NCBI GenBank assembly: GCA_051362555.1
Contig: CM120641.1
Span: forward strand, 744,001-808,000
DNA: 64,000 nt
From: Lingula anatina
Taxonomy: Eukaryota > Animalia > Brachiopoda
Direction of reading: 5' to 3'
The notes under the pieces are model-generated. The model searched no databases and was not told the DNA's origin. It saw nothing but the letters and a program-made list of their open reading frames with translations. The position numbers were made by a program, and so were the translations under genes. This document shows, one piece after another, positions 48,549 through 63,287 of the stretch (its first letter is position 1; each line of letters starts with the position of its first letter).

Positions 48549-51500
48549 GTAGGTTGATACTTTATCCTCACTATATTCATTGTTGTCATTAATAATGAAT
48601 AAATCAATGATTTGATACATTTCTCTCAGATGATAATACCTTTATAGTTTATGCTTTATGTATGACCTGTGGTTTTTCTCATAAGAGAGTGCTAGTACAG
48701 GGAGGAATATTTAATTAATTGATCTGTTGAGTCTGGAATGTTATTGTGATATATAAATATATAAAGGATATATGCAAAGTCCAGTTTTAAATAACATAAT
48801 CGCAAAGTTATGTAATCAACAAGTGGTTCTATTTGCTCTTCAGATTGCCACTTTATGTTTGCTAATTCTTCTGAATTTCTGGAGTGATTAAAAAATGAAC
48901 TGTTTTATGAATGGGGTTAACTCAGATTACAGTGTTAAATCTCTCTTAGAGACGGGGGAAAAATGAAAAGTTTATAAGTTGTGTCTGATAGAGTCTATCA
49001 AAATCTACAAAATGTACACAGTGATAAATGTATTGGACTGGTAAACATGTTGCATCCGTCAAGCCCCTTTCACCCTCTTCACCGATAAGAACCCAGATCT
49101 CCAGACTTTATACTATCATCTTCTTGTACATTGTCTGTATTGTAAGGGGGGCCATCCCTTTCAGTGAAAGGTTTCCTCTGTCACTGAGTGCCTTTGTAGA
49201 ATTTTCCTATCGAGGGACCTAATCTAAGAAAGAATAACATTCTCATTCTCCTTTTCCCTGTTTGTTTGTTATTGATAATGTTTGTCTCGCACGCATTGAT
49301 GACTACATTGAGGACATTGATGAAGACCCAGGTGTTTGGTTTTATCCAGCGCCACGCTGGTGCTCATGATTTTCATTTGAACAGAATTCTTACCCATGTT
49401 TTATTCTATATTGTGTAACTTTTACTAACACTGGAATGGGATTCAAGTATCAGTTTGATAGGAGGGTGGTCATTATCTGGACCTTCTGGGTTTAAGTAAT
49501 ACCCTTGCCTCTCTGTGTGTAATAACAAGGTATTAGTCACAGAGAATTGAATTAGTTCATCCCATTCAAGGGACAATCACCAACAAAGGGTTTCTTCCAA
49601 CAATGGCCTACCTGTTGTAGCCTCTACTGGAGAATTCTGGTCACTGGTGGAGTGTTAAGTAATGGTGTTGTCATATTTTCTACATCACATTTTCTACCTC
49701 ACTAATTTGTGGCTCAGCTCATTTGTTGACCAGAAATAATGTTCTTAGATTTGTTAGCATCATTTTATGTTTAATTACTTCGGAAAGTTTTGTTAAGTGG
49801 AAGTTAATAAGTGACCCCCCCCCCCCCCCATATGTAATTGATAAATAAAAGAATGTAACACCAAAGTTGCTACATATTTAGTATATATAGTTTCCCTTTA
49901 AAATTATAAAATAAGAAATTTCTGATTGAACTCTGACACAGGGCTCATTTAAAAACTAAATTATGAGTTGTCATTGAAATTAAGAGCAACCACTTTATTT
50001 ATTTCTGAACACCATTTAATAATTGTTTTTGACTGAAGTATTTGATTAAAACAATGCAATACTTGTTGAATCTCTATTTTAAAATGCAACAAAATTCTAC
50101 AGGGTACAGGGTAAAAACTTTTTACCTTGCGCACTATCTTAACTGTCCAAACAAAAAATCACCTTTAGAGCGCAGAGAGTGTAATAGAATCTGTCCCTAA
50201 AATACAATCCCTGTATGAAAATGACAAATGGGCTTTTTACAGGGGTGCCTCCTTCCCCCTTGCTTTGAAGTGGTGTTCTTTGATAGACCTTCTTGATTTC
50301 CATAGAGGAGTCCTATTAGCAAGAGAATAGGGGGAATCTTAGCACAAGAGTGCAGTTCAATAGGTAATGTGTTGTTGGGCCGCATATTAAACTGCAATAT
50401 TTTATAAGGTGATGTCAGCTTACACGCGTGGGGCGTATGGGGGAAGCTACAACTTGCCATTGGGTCTAGCATGTAGTGTAGAATTTGATATGGGTTCAGA
50501 TTTTTATTATTAAGTCACTGTTTTTTATAGTGGAAGTCATCAGTGATAAATCACACTGGTGTTGGTTAGATGTCCCCACAGTGCATGACAATTTGTGTGG
50601 GAAGTGACAATTAAAAGAGCTCGCTATATTCACCTTAAAGTCTGATATCGGAAATTGTTAAAAGTGTCAGTGTGAAATTGTATAACAGACCTTTCAGATT
50701 TAATTAAGGTCCTGTAGAATGTATATGGAGGTATTCCAGTATTAATATCTGGCCAAAATATCAAATTGCAAACCAATTCTTTATGGATTTGATGAAACCT
50801 TTAGGTGAACCATAGGCACTGTCATTCTTATCACAGTACAGACAAATATGACTCTTTTCTTGAAAAATGATTCTGGGTATATTAAAGTAAACAAAGTAAA
50901 AAAACTGGCTCTCTGGATGAAAAGGCTAGACAATAATGATTAATATAACAAAAATCTCTCGGCTTATTGGTTTTCACAGTGGCAGCTGCATGGTGTGTTG
51001 CTAGTACTAACCAGTAGACGGTGTAAGAGCAATAAAAGTTGTTTTTAAGAACAGCCCTGAGGCTCCAACAGGAATTTTTGACATCTGTAATTTTCCCGCC
51101 ATGCATAAAATACAAGTTGATATATTTTCTAGCACTTCCTTTTGATTTTTTCAGTAGTGTGTGTGTGGGGGGTGGGGGGGGGGGTTTATTGGCAATATTT
51201 TGGGCTACTAAGGAAAAAATGGGTGTAGATTTCCTTAATGCTTAAGGCAGTTGATGCATCTCCACAGCAATTAGCAACAAAATCACCAGAAGCACTGGGT
51301 AATACAATACATCAAGGTGGATTTAGCAATAAGTTGAGGATGAAAACAATCCTAAGAGAAATCAGATAAGACCTCTTCTGGATCCTTATCTCCTTTAATT
51401 GGCTTGTTTCTAACAGGTTGTAGAGAAGGTAGAATGTTATTAAAGTTGACCTCTCCTTGCGTCACATGGGTCCTCCGTTTCCTCTCCCCCTGCCAGGTTA

Positions 51501-51822
51501 ATTAGCATGCACTGGGGGTGGGGAAACCTGTGATGTTATGTTAACTGCAGTCATTAGTATACAGGGCACCCCTTCCTACTTCATTAACTCTTGTCAACTG
51601 ACCACATGATCAGCTGGCTACTTCCTCAGGAGAGGTTGGGTCAGGTAGTTTGATGGCTGTTAGGGACTTACCTATGTGACTGTTGTCATACCGTGACTGG
51701 CGTGATACCATGTGATGAATGAAAGAAAAACATTTGTCTTTTGACACTTAGTATGCTGAAGCAAATATTGTCTTGAACAGATGTAGTATAATATCTGAGA
51801 AAATACCTTTATCCCTGGTTTA

Positions 51823-51882
<60 letters not shown>
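51823..51882. repeat. (TAT)n microsatellite
   Basis: Seen directly, about 20 units. Confidence 0.97.
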
Positions 51883-54800
51883 CAATGCAGAGCTGTTATA
51901 TAAAACTTTTGCATAGGTCATTGGACATAATTTTGATCCATGAACAATCGGCATTATTGTTTCATTAGATTAACAATTAAAATTTTAATTCAAGACTTTC
52001 TAATTTGTACATATCTAAATTATAAAATGTGTTCACTTTTACAGTGTATGATATAACTTAGCCAAACATCATTTATTTTGTACTTGGTAGCAGTCAGCTT
52101 GCTTTGGACTAGCCTTGATTTTATATCTTGAAGGTTAAACATGTTATCATTTCAAGAGATAAAACTGAGGAAACTATTGATAATTAAGCAAGAGTGTCAA
52201 CTAGTTGCTAACAGCCTATCTGTGTGAAGTGAGTGTTTTATTAGCAGCACTTCTCAGTCCCTTAAAATATTATCATAACATGACACAGATGTTGTGTGGA
52301 GAAATTTAGGCTGATGCATTAAAGATTGAGTCGTTGCGCGAATTAACAAGTTCAAAGTTTCAATGATTTAAGGATTTAAACATTTTTGTCTGAATCCCAA
52401 AAGGTAAAACTGTGCCCTTCAAATTACTTGTATTGAGTGTTTATATCTCAGTTGTATTTATAGTCATCAAATGCACTGTTGAAATGAAGTAACAACGGGG
52501 CAAACATTATCAAGGCACTAATAAACACAGCAACTTAAGCTCCACTATCACATCATTTGATAAATGAAATAGAAATAAAGTGATTTCATTCTAAGTGTTA
52601 TATCTAAAAGCTCACTTCCTCTGGTATGGTATATAGAACTATATTTGTGAAAAGAAGACACAAGATTTTATCTCTCACCAAGCTAGATAATTAAACCATG
52701 TGGAGGTGTTGGTGGAAGATGATGTAAAACAATAATAGACTGATCATCAAGCCTAATGACTTCCCCTTCCTCTCCATTCAGCTATACACAACTACATACA
52801 CACACAGTGATTAAAAAATAGCAATAATTATGACTGACACATGCCAGTTTTTGCTCTGTTCAATCCCGTCTGAATGATTTAGATGATCTGTATACGGGAA
52901 TGAATTATGAATATTTCCTAGATCTTGACATAAGCAATCCTAGGAATGGTTTGATGTGCCGAGAGCAGCTGTTGTCTCAGTTAACTGCAGGGATGTCACA
53001 CAGTGGATGACAGCAAATCGTCTGTAATTGTACATGTGACAGCAACTCCACCCATAAAACTAGACTCAGTTAAAAGGAGGATTTTTTTTAAAGTAACAAT
53101 TACATTGGAGATAGGTTACCTTTCTGAGTACAACTCAGATGCTGCAATGAAGCTGGTGCTGAAAAATAATGTTGCCAGACACTGAAACTGTTTGAAAATG
53201 TTTGCGCAAAAAGTTGCAAGGAAAATATGAAATAATCAAGAAATTTATTTATATATTTATTTATTTTTTTTCCAAAAAGTTATTTAGCTATTTTCATCTC
53301 TTAATGAGACACTAGATAGTTTGCAGCAGCTTTAACTTTCAAAGGGTTGATGGTATTTGAAATATCATGTCTTAATTACCCTTGTCCCCAGAACAGAAAC
53401 ATAGTGCCAGCTGTAGACTGCAATCTAGACTACAGCTGAAAATAAACGTGCAAAATGCAAAGAATTTGTCTATAGTACAACAGTTCTTAATTAAGGTTTT
53501 ATTACATGTACATAGGCCACTACTCTGGGTAATGCTCATGACATTTATTGTTTTCATTCTTCACTAAGCCAATAAGTTAGTACCTGGATGTTTTGAAACC
53601 AATTCTACATTATGTTTGCTTAATAAATAAGAGATCCATTCTCTGTTAGCGCACTGGTATTCTTAGTAATATCAGAAGTATGGCACATTTTGATTAGTTG
53701 CGGTAAGTGCAGAGGAAATACCATAAAGCTGGCAATTGGAATGAAACTGGTCAAAGAGAACTCAGTGCTTTTCACTCCATTGTAAGTGTTATTTGACTGA
53801 TATTAAATTAAAACCTCACACAAATTAATACGCACATTAAAATTGACACAGAAAACCTTGGCTTAAACAATTGTCTTTAGTAAGTTAGGAGTAGTCAAAC
53901 ACTTTGTAATTGGAAAGTAGCATATATACTCATTTAAAATTACATTTATATTGTCATTTGTCAGGTGGATGCATATGTTACAATTAATAAACTTTAAACT
54001 ATAAAATGCATAATACATCTTAGCAGATTGATCACAAAATATATTGAAACTTCTCTCCTTGTACCTGCAGTATCAAGGTAGACATGATGATGCAATTGGA
54101 CTGTCGAGTATCAAACACTTGATTCAGGACATGTCAAAGCTTGTTAGTTTGATGGGTTCTAGATTTTAGAGAATAAAGATTCATTAAATTAATTATAAAA
54201 TATAGATTTATAGAATTGTTAATGCATATGTTAAACACATGGGGTAGTATATACCAGTGGATCGCACAAATAAGGTCCCACTTTTTTGACTGTCATATCC
54301 CCTACACACATACTGTTGGTTGCATTATTTTAATTTAAGCACTTCAAATTCAGTAAATTATTCAATGATGAAATGTACTATTGCAAAGTTCTGGTAATTT
54401 TGTTGTTATTTAAAACCTTGAATTGAAGTGATCACTACTTCACTGTAAGAATGAAGTCTTCTTAGTTATTAGGTGGGTTATATATTTCAGTTGTCAGGTA
54501 TGAATCCTTCTCCAATTTCAATTTAATTACACTTACTGACAAATGTGTATTTTTTTTCATATTTTAATGATAGGTTTTGAGTTCCAGTCTATAATTTTGA
54601 TTCAATGCAATATTCAGTTGTATTCTATACGTAACCAGGGGATCGTCAGACTGAATACAGATGCTACTGTTATAGTGTGTGAACTGGGGTTATGTAATGT
54701 GTGCGTTGATCAGTATCAAAGTTGTCAGCCTGAATATTAGCCACAAAACTGTGATTCTTTACTTCATCAGTATTTCCATTCTTGATATGTCTTAATCTTT

Positions 54801-56338
54801 CTTGTGGGGTTAAAACTTAGGGTAATGTTGCTGTCATTTGAGGGTGAAGAAATCTTATGTTTAAATGCATATGTTTGAGTATGTTTGAGAGACACAGGAG
54901 TGGGGGGGGGGGGGGGGGGGGGCGAGTAGGGAACCCTTTGCATGGACCACATAGAGATTTCTTCACAAGAAATTAATTCATAACTGGCTTTTGGAAGTGA
55001 GTTAAAGAGAAGGGTGGAGATGGTGTTTTGTGTGTGTGTGTGTGTGTGTGGGGGTTACAACCAGTGTAGAAATCTTACCTAAAGTAGTATCTTTAAACCC
55101 AAATGAAAAAATGTTTTTTGAGTTTTTGACAAAAATATTAAAGGACAAAAGTAATAGGCTGTAGAAAGTGTAAACTGTTGCATCATTCAGCCTTGCATCA
55201 TACATTCCACCTTGGTACAAATTTATCCTAAGGTAGAAATATATGACAGCATGGAGATAAGAACAGTACGAGAGTCCACTTCTCAGCCCTTCCCTCTTCC
55301 TTCCACTGTTCCTTCATTAGTCAGAAATGGGGGTGACTCCCTACAAGGCTTAAGAATCTGGATGTCTTTATTTACTGCACCCGAACTCTGTATTACTGAT
55401 ACCTGTATTACAGGTTATCACCATATTTCACACACAATTTATGGAGTTGTACCATTCTTGAAATGTTGTACCCTGGGGCAGAAGGAATTCATCTGCCTGG
55501 CTCCCCTGTGGTTTGTGGGATTCTGTCTCAGCCCATCCTGTCTATAAATTAGAACCAACCAGCCCCTCCCTGGATGAGAGATAAGTAACCATTGGTACTT
55601 GGGTGAACAATATGGCCGTCAGCAAAACACGTTAAAAAACAGACAGGCATCACAGGGTGACTTTGAAACACCAATACAGGGCCAGCCCTCCACACCTCCA
55701 AGATTTCATCAAGATCCAAGATAAAAACCTGTGGTATCTAGACAATCTCTTAGGAGATAATCCTTGATGACAGAGGAGATACAGTCAGTGGCGGGGTGGC
55801 ACTATTCAATACTATCACCCCACAACTGTCTCTGATGGACAAAAGGGATAGAAGTGAAGAAGATGAATGGGGCAATATGGTGTAGTTGAAGTACACATCA
55901 TCATGGCTTAGAACTATTAATTTCAAAGTTCTTTTTACAGGGTTTATACTATGTGCCCTGATTTTATTATCTACATATCTACCCCTACATCAAAAACTTC
56001 TTTATAAATGTATTGACACAGTAGGTTTGTCCCAAAGTGATACACTCAATGCACTGTGTTCTCTTTGGTAATTTGAACTTCAATGTTATCCTCTTTTCCC
56101 CTATTGATAATATATAGGTTTATCTCTAATGCCAAAATAAATATAAAAAAATACAAATAAGATGCAAGAAAGCTGATATCACGTCTTTACTGATCAAGTT
56201 TATTGTACATACTGATCACCTATTTATTATCTGTTTTCCTTTTATAAAAATGTAATGTACAGTTTTCAAAATTTAACTTATTATAAACACATTGTTAACA
56301 TTTCTCAAATTTATGCAAATCTATTATTTTTCTTTTAG

Positions 56339-56531
56339 GTCGTTATGCAGTTGCTGATGCTAATGTGACAGGGGCGGTGTTGAAGAGCCCCTGGTTTGAT
56401 CAGAGTGGCCCCCACTGCCAAGTCCACTTCTTTATGCATGTGGTTGGGAAGCAGGTTTTAATGATAAGGATACACACGGTTTCCAATGGCACCAAGACAC
56501 TGAAAAATGTCACGGCTTTCTTGGAAAATAG
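56339..56531 (+). CDS. MAM-domain receptor, exon 2 (GRYAVAD...AVLKSPWFDQSGPHCQVHFFMH...)
   Basis: Phase 1-2, canonical ag/gtgagt, MAM motif A.L.SP.....C.v.F..H. Confidence 0.9.
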
Positions 56532-57769
56532 GTGAGTTGAAAAAGAGAGAGAGTGAGAGAGATGAGTCGATCACTTGATGTTTCACAAGGATAATAGAAC
56601 AACAAAAAATATATTTTGGGGGAAGATATTTGATAAATTTAGTTTTTCACATTTTAGATAATGACTTTTTGAAAAAATGCTGTGAATGAGGCATATTTTC
56701 TAACATGTCTTCATATTTCAAAAAAAAAAAAAAAAAAACTAACCACAGGGGCAAAATAAGCCATTAATAATTAAGGTAGTGAGCTGTAGTAGTATTGGTG
56801 ATACTCTGTTGCAATTTGCCTAAGAGGTGTGAGAAATGACATCGTAACCAATTCCCAGTATACAGGGGGGTCTTTATGTGAAACAGCGCTGCCCGGTACT
56901 TCCTAGCACCATTAAAAAAAAAGAAACGACAAGAACAAAGCTGGGAAAATAAAACAGAGGCAAAGATATTAGGATAAAAAGTAAGAAAAATGAATGACCC
57001 CAAGCAATGAAAAAGATCATACTGAACTGACACCGTTTAACAAAGCAATACATAAAACGACATGACAGGAACTTGTAGATTGTTACTACTTCTCTGAAAG
57101 TGCACTTGACTTGTTATAAGTACATCAAAGTTCGTGGCAGATCTTTACAGACTTTACAGAGAGATTGGCTTTTGGCTGTGGGCATACAACTGAATAATAT
57201 CTTTCTCCCCCTAGTCTGTTATTATTGTTATTATTATTTGTGCGAGTTCTGCCATGGGAATGTACATGTACAAGTGTTACTACATTGACTACACTACAGT
57301 GCCACAAGGCGAAAATCTCTAAAAGAATATTTTTATGACCAGACACGGGCTAACACTTTTATAACAACAGGTGATGTAATTCATTGTAGTTCCCTTGCAG
57401 CTATCGTCAGTCACTGGCCCATTGCGTGTTAAGATGAAGTCTTAATAGCTTCCGTAAAGAAAGGGGATCTCGTGTCTGTCTGGAATCTTTACTAGTGCAT
57501 TCTCATAAAGGTTTTGACACTGTTAATGGAAACTGTCTGGAATTAATGTCAAGAAAAAATGAATATTTTCTTTAGTTTTAATGTACTTAATCAAGAGGGT
57601 TTTGCATTTGGTTTGGCCATATTAATTACAAACCTTCTGTATCTGCTATATCTAGCCTCTGCCTTGTCATTTCCATGCAGCATGATGTGTGTTCTGATGA
57701 AAGACAGAGAAGACATTAATATAGCATTTTTGTTGAACATAATTTCAAGAATTTTTTTCCCAAATGTAT

Positions 57770-57825
<56 letters not shown>
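57770..57825. repeat. (CA)n microsatellite
   Basis: Seen directly. Confidence 0.97.
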
Positions 57826-57829
<4 letters not shown>

Positions 57830-59683
57830 ATATATGCATTTACAATGCACGGCCACAAACAAAAATTTAAACTCTCTCAAAATGTTTAGTTTGTGAGTGT
57901 GTTGTTGGAGGATTGATGGATGTTTTGATATTAACTGTAATACATTTCTTTTAACATATCACAGCTTTTAACAGAAAACCACACATATTAAATTTCTACT
58001 TCAAAAAGTGGATCATATTTTGTTGTAAATAATCAAATTTTATGTGGACAAATATTAATGTGGCATTTACTGCTAATAGTTTTGCCAAACATATCATGCA
58101 CAAGTGTTCAACATTGGCTACGAAGTGCTGACATCAAGACATGAAATGCACTTGACATTGGACGACTAATTTGTACACGTACACGGTGTTCTCAATTTTC
58201 CTTCAAGCTATCTTCTGGGTTATGAAGAAATGCAACATGGGCTGGTGTCCAGACACTCAAAATACTGCACAAAAATGATTGACACACTTCCAAAGTTAAC
58301 TGGAATGATTATTATTGTCATAGGACTGTATTTAAATATAGATTTACAGTCCAAAATACCATTAGTTATCAATCTGTTACCAGGCTGAGTTTCTGGCCAA
58401 GATACGGGTAATCCAAGTACCATTTTTGAAACTTCCTCACAAACTTTTCTTTAATTAGAATACTGCCCTAATGAAGCAAGCATTTCCAGGTTTCAGTCAT
58501 CTCAATTCTAAATTAGATGATATTTCCTGATACTTTTAATTGTCCTAAATAGGGTGAAATGAGGAATTAGCTGTTTGGTGTCACTGAACTTAAGCGTGAG
58601 GTACGCAGTCAAAAAACAAGGTGATGTTTTGTGGCTGCAAGCAGAAACAAGCTACTCTGAAAATGTTGTAAACATGTAGAATGATAAACTGCTTAACACC
58701 TGTGAAAGTATTGGAAAATGCAAAGAGATAATACGTAAAACACTTTGACTGAAGTCAAATCTGCAGACGTTGAGTTTTATTGTTTGTTGCTAAATCAAAT
58801 ACAGAGTCTTGTGAAGGAAAAAATAAGCCCATAAACCTAAATCAAAATCAGTGCCAACTAAGACTGTCATCTGTAAAAATTATGTAAAATTTAAATTAAA
58901 AAAATCATTACACATATTTTGATTTCACATCACATGCACTTGCATACATCTGAGAAAAAAATGATTTCATTTGGAACTGACTTGGCTAAAGTATCTTTTA
59001 AAATGATGCCAACTTGTAATCATCCTCATCACAATGTAAGGTGCTATTCCACTTTGGCCTTGACTGTGGCACGCTGGGCAATGCACATGTGGTGTATGTG
59101 CCAAGATGTCCCTGGCATGGCGTACTGGTGTGGCACCAGTCCTAGATCTTATCTTACAGAAGTGACTGTCTGATGAAATGAAAAGTTTCCACATTCCAAT
59201 AACTCTGTGAGATGCGGAATAGATTGTTCTATTGAATTTTGAATCTATCTGCACAACTCCTCTATATCCCCTTACCTGATTGCAAGAAGAGATGGAGATC
59301 TTTATTGAAAGTCAAGCCTAAGATGATTTGTAGCTATTTATTTATGATCAGATTAATACCAGTGAACAGACAGTGATGTAATGATGGACTGGTAACAGAT
59401 TTTGATTAAGACCCTGGATGAATTGAAAAGAAATTTAGTCCATTTATATTTGACCATTTTTCCATATCTACTAAATTCTCTCATCTCCTATCCCTCTCTT
59501 CTTTTAGATGCGGTATGAATGCATATCCTATGATGGTTTTAAATGTAAAAATTGCTGTCCTTGAATTTAGTTTGAGTCCTTAGGTTTTTTCTAATGGTTA
59601 ACAGATTTTTCCATTGACTTAATGTATTTTAAGTTGACTCAGTGCATTTATTGATTTTAGTATTATTTTGGGAAATTTTTCAG

Positions 59684-59817
59684 CTGGGAAGAACAAGTAG
59701 TGAATATCGGCCACATCAGCGAGCCTTTCCGTCTTTTCTTCATAGCCCTGAGAGTGGAGGGAGATGATAGAGCACATATTGCAGTGGACACCATTACCCT
59801 GCCCAACTGTCACCCAG
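59684..59817 (+). CDS. MAM-domain receptor, exon 3 (SWEEQVVNIGHISEPFRLFF...AHIAVDTITLPNCHP); gene continues beyond the window
   Basis: Phase 2-1, completes the MAM domain (W...IG....F...IAVD.I.L..C). Confidence 0.9.
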
Positions 59818-62800
59818 GTACGGAATTTTGATTAATTTTGATGTATAATTCTACGAATAAAACAAATCAATTTACTGTATCTTGCAACGATAGGTTATCT
59901 CAGCCAGTTTTCGTTATGATTGAAAACTTGCTGATATGAAGGCAGTAAAATTGCTGGGCTTAATTGAGTGGTTTGCGGCAGGTTTAAGGTATAATATAGA
60001 TGGATGGATTTATTTGAAATGTATGATTTATATGATTTAAATTGAAGGTCAGTTTGTAAAAAAAAGTGAAAAATATTGATGGAGTTTGTGTAAAATAATA
60101 TGTTGTTGAATCATGCTCTGATCTTAGGTGAGATTCAGATGCTCATTATCCTTAGCTACAGCTGAAAATATGTTCAGTTTATCTTACATTTATGAGATAA
60201 CATATTTCAAAATTGAAAAAAAAAAAAAATATAAAATGCAATAGGTAATTGAAAAAAGTCTCAGTAGGTGCAAAGAAAAAAAATTAATGGCCTATATTGA
60301 CGGTAATTTGTCCGTAAAGGGAGTGACTCCATTCATCAAGTGTAAGTTGTAAGAGGATCTGCGGATGAGTAAAGGTAGTAGTTTACCTGTCTTCAGTGTC
60401 AAAACTCACTTCCTACTATGTCCTGCTGCAGGCGTAGGAGGCATGAACGGATATGTGAAAAGGAATTCGTGAGAGTTAATACTGGTCATATGACATTGTG
60501 AAAAGTGAACATTAGTGTTTAATTTGCGAAGTTTAACACTTTGGCTTCCCTCATGTGGTATATGAATAAAATATGACATTGTAATTATAGTGTATTTTCT
60601 AATCTGCTGATATATTATATAACCAAGGCAAAAGCTTGGTCATCCATTTTTTCTACTTTCTTTTTAGCTTTAATCCACCTTTCTTTCTGTTTCTTTCAAC
60701 GTTTCTCAGGAGAGACAAAATTAGAGTTGATTCACTATGGGACCAGATTGCCTATGGCAGATTTAGTTTACAGTGAAAAAGTCTGAATAGTGTGTGGTTT
60801 GCGGTGTCCTGGATGTATGATTATCATTTTTTCAGCAATGTTAGAATTATAGTGCCTGCCTCCTATGGAGCTACTGTTAGCAATGAGTTGTACTGCCGAG
60901 TTCGGAATTTTGCCTGCAAAACATATTTTCATTGACTGTTATACACTGACACTCTGCGTTGGGGGGCCTAAGCTTCATTAAACAAACCAGTCTATGCTAA
61001 TGGCCAGGTGCGTTGAGATGGAAAAGCTCAGGCGCTTAGAAGAAGTATTTTTATCTTTCCAGCTTGAAGCAAATCTTTGGAGACTATAGGTGACTGGGAG
61101 AGTCAAGCTTTTTAACCTTATTTTATTACTATGTTCATTATAATAGACATGCAATAAGGCCGTAGTGAATCACAGGCAACTGCATCAAAAAGATTGAAGG
61201 TATTATTAGGTGCAGAGCAGCCCTTATTTTAGCTTTTAATTTATATTTCATAGCCAGGGTAATTCTCACTTAGAACAGCAAGAAAGAAATTAATTTTGGA
61301 ACTAATAGGGCACAGAGAAAATTACTGGAGAGTTTTCATGTGGTGGAATATAAAGTAGTATATTACTGATGTAAAAGGTTAGGAAGGGGGATCATATTAC
61401 ACTGATCTACAGTAATATCTCACCTTGATTTGAATGCTTTTTAAATCAATTTTACAACCCCAAAAAGGGTTTATTTATATTCCTTAAACTTTTATAAAAG
61501 TAATCTGTATAATGAGTGGCTTTTAATTCAGAATCTTGATTAGGGTCAGTAACAAAAATGTAAAAATCATGAAATAACTGAATGTTGGGTAGATTAGTGA
61601 AGTGCCTTAGATTTCTGCGCAATTTCTGTATTGGATAAGTTTAAATTGTTGACGGGTAAAGGATCCAAAATAAAAATTGAGTTGATTGGTAACGAGTGCT
61701 GCATCATTTCAGGGTTAGATACCTTTATATCAGAATTATGTTGTGGTGGTAAATTATGAAAAATCTACAGAGAAAAATATGTTCATAAGAAAAAGTGCAA
61801 GAAACTATGCAGTTCAGTATTTTTCAAGTGTTGTTTGAATTTTTTACTGCCATTCTGGTGACAATTTCTATTTCTTCTTTTCATTATTTTTTGTAAATGT
61901 GGTTTCAAAACTATTTCTGCTATTTCTTCCTGGTTATACTAAAAATCTCTCATAACAAATTTGTTATTATGCTCCTTTAAAGATTATCGTTAATACTTGA
62001 AGGATGTGTCGCAATATTGACACTTGCCTCGCAGGCTGTTTAATGCCTACGGCCGAGACGTGTGTCAGTTTCTTTAAGTGTCACTTTATGAGGCAGATGT
62101 CCCCATAAAGTCTGGTAATTTCTCCTTTTTCATTTTATTTTCACTTCACACCTGCGTGCTACAGAAAAAAAAATGGTGTCCCCTTTTCAGGGTCCAAGCT
62201 GTGACACATTCATGACCTCTTGCTGTGAACTCCGCTGTCAAGTTAGAATGTGATTTATTCAGTTTGATTTATTATCTGAATGTAAATTTTTACTACAGTC
62301 TAGCAAATATTGAGTTATTAAAAAGCATAATAAATAACATAGTGGTCTTCAGTATAGAATGTTAAATTTGTTTTTGAAGCAAAATCAATATGAAAATCCT
62401 AACCATTATGAGAGAGAGCGAACAACACTTAAATGAATTTTGTTACATATTGACGTAATATATGAAATGTGACAGAAATCAGCGTCAGCTGTTGGTGAGA
62501 AATGTTTCCTAAGTGTGATAACATGAGCTGGTTTCATGAAATATTGCCTTCAGAGATTTATGACAAGTTTTCTTGCCTAATTTTACAATATTCCAATACA
62601 CCATGTGTTGATTATTCACCAAGTTTGTCACATACAGATTTTTGAAAAAATAGTCAATCTTGGTTGGAGGTATGAAGTAATATTTGTTGACAAGGTAGTG
62701 TACTTGTTTAGTCATTTTAGTCACAGTGAATAATGTTTATAGTTGATTGTTCCTAGTAATATCTCAGGTCCAGCAATATTTTATATATATGTGCTATTTT

Positions 62801-63061
62801 CATAGATGTTATGACTACAGTAATATTTGGTCACAGACTTAATGACAGCTAAACACAATCTTTCGTCAGTTGCAATTAGCCTGTAATTAATTGCTAAAAT
62901 GTTTTTCTGCCCCCTCCCCACCCCCACCTAACATCTACCCTCTTCTTGGAATCCCCCATTCAATCTGGCAGTATTCCAAAAAGTCAATTTAGAAACCAAA
63001 TCAACCATTTTATATTACTTTATTTTTACTGTCCTGTAGAAGAACTAGTTTAGTATTCTAA

Positions 63062-63287
63062 GGGTGCTTTCCCAGAGATTTAGATCGATCTAAAGATTAA
63101 GTTTTAGATTGACCTAACTCCCTGGGGGTTCACGCTAAATTGCAGTCAGCCGAGCAGGCACCATAGTTAATTACCCCCTTACAGCTTTTAGTAGGCAGGA
63201 CAGACGCTTAAGCCGGCCAAGCTGACAGTAATCTAGTGAGACTCCCCACAGGGATAGATCGATCTAAAAATCTATGGAAATGGGGTG
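63062..63287. mobile_element. PIF/Harbinger (Tourist-like) MITE, inverted paralog of 32523-32696
   Basis: TAA flanks. Shared interior (ctaactccctgggggttcac, ctgacagtaatctagtgagactcccca) plus a ~40-bp extra segment. Confidence 0.75.

Noticed and set aside
48844-48887. Cryptic exon DCHFMFANSSEFLE* after MAM exon 1
   Set aside because: It has an acceptor-like site but stops after 14 codons. The exon at 56339 gives the proper MAM continuation.
57559-57870. 103-aa ORF with HTHTHT and antisense CVCVCV ORF
   Set aside because: Artefact of an intronic (CA)n microsatellite.
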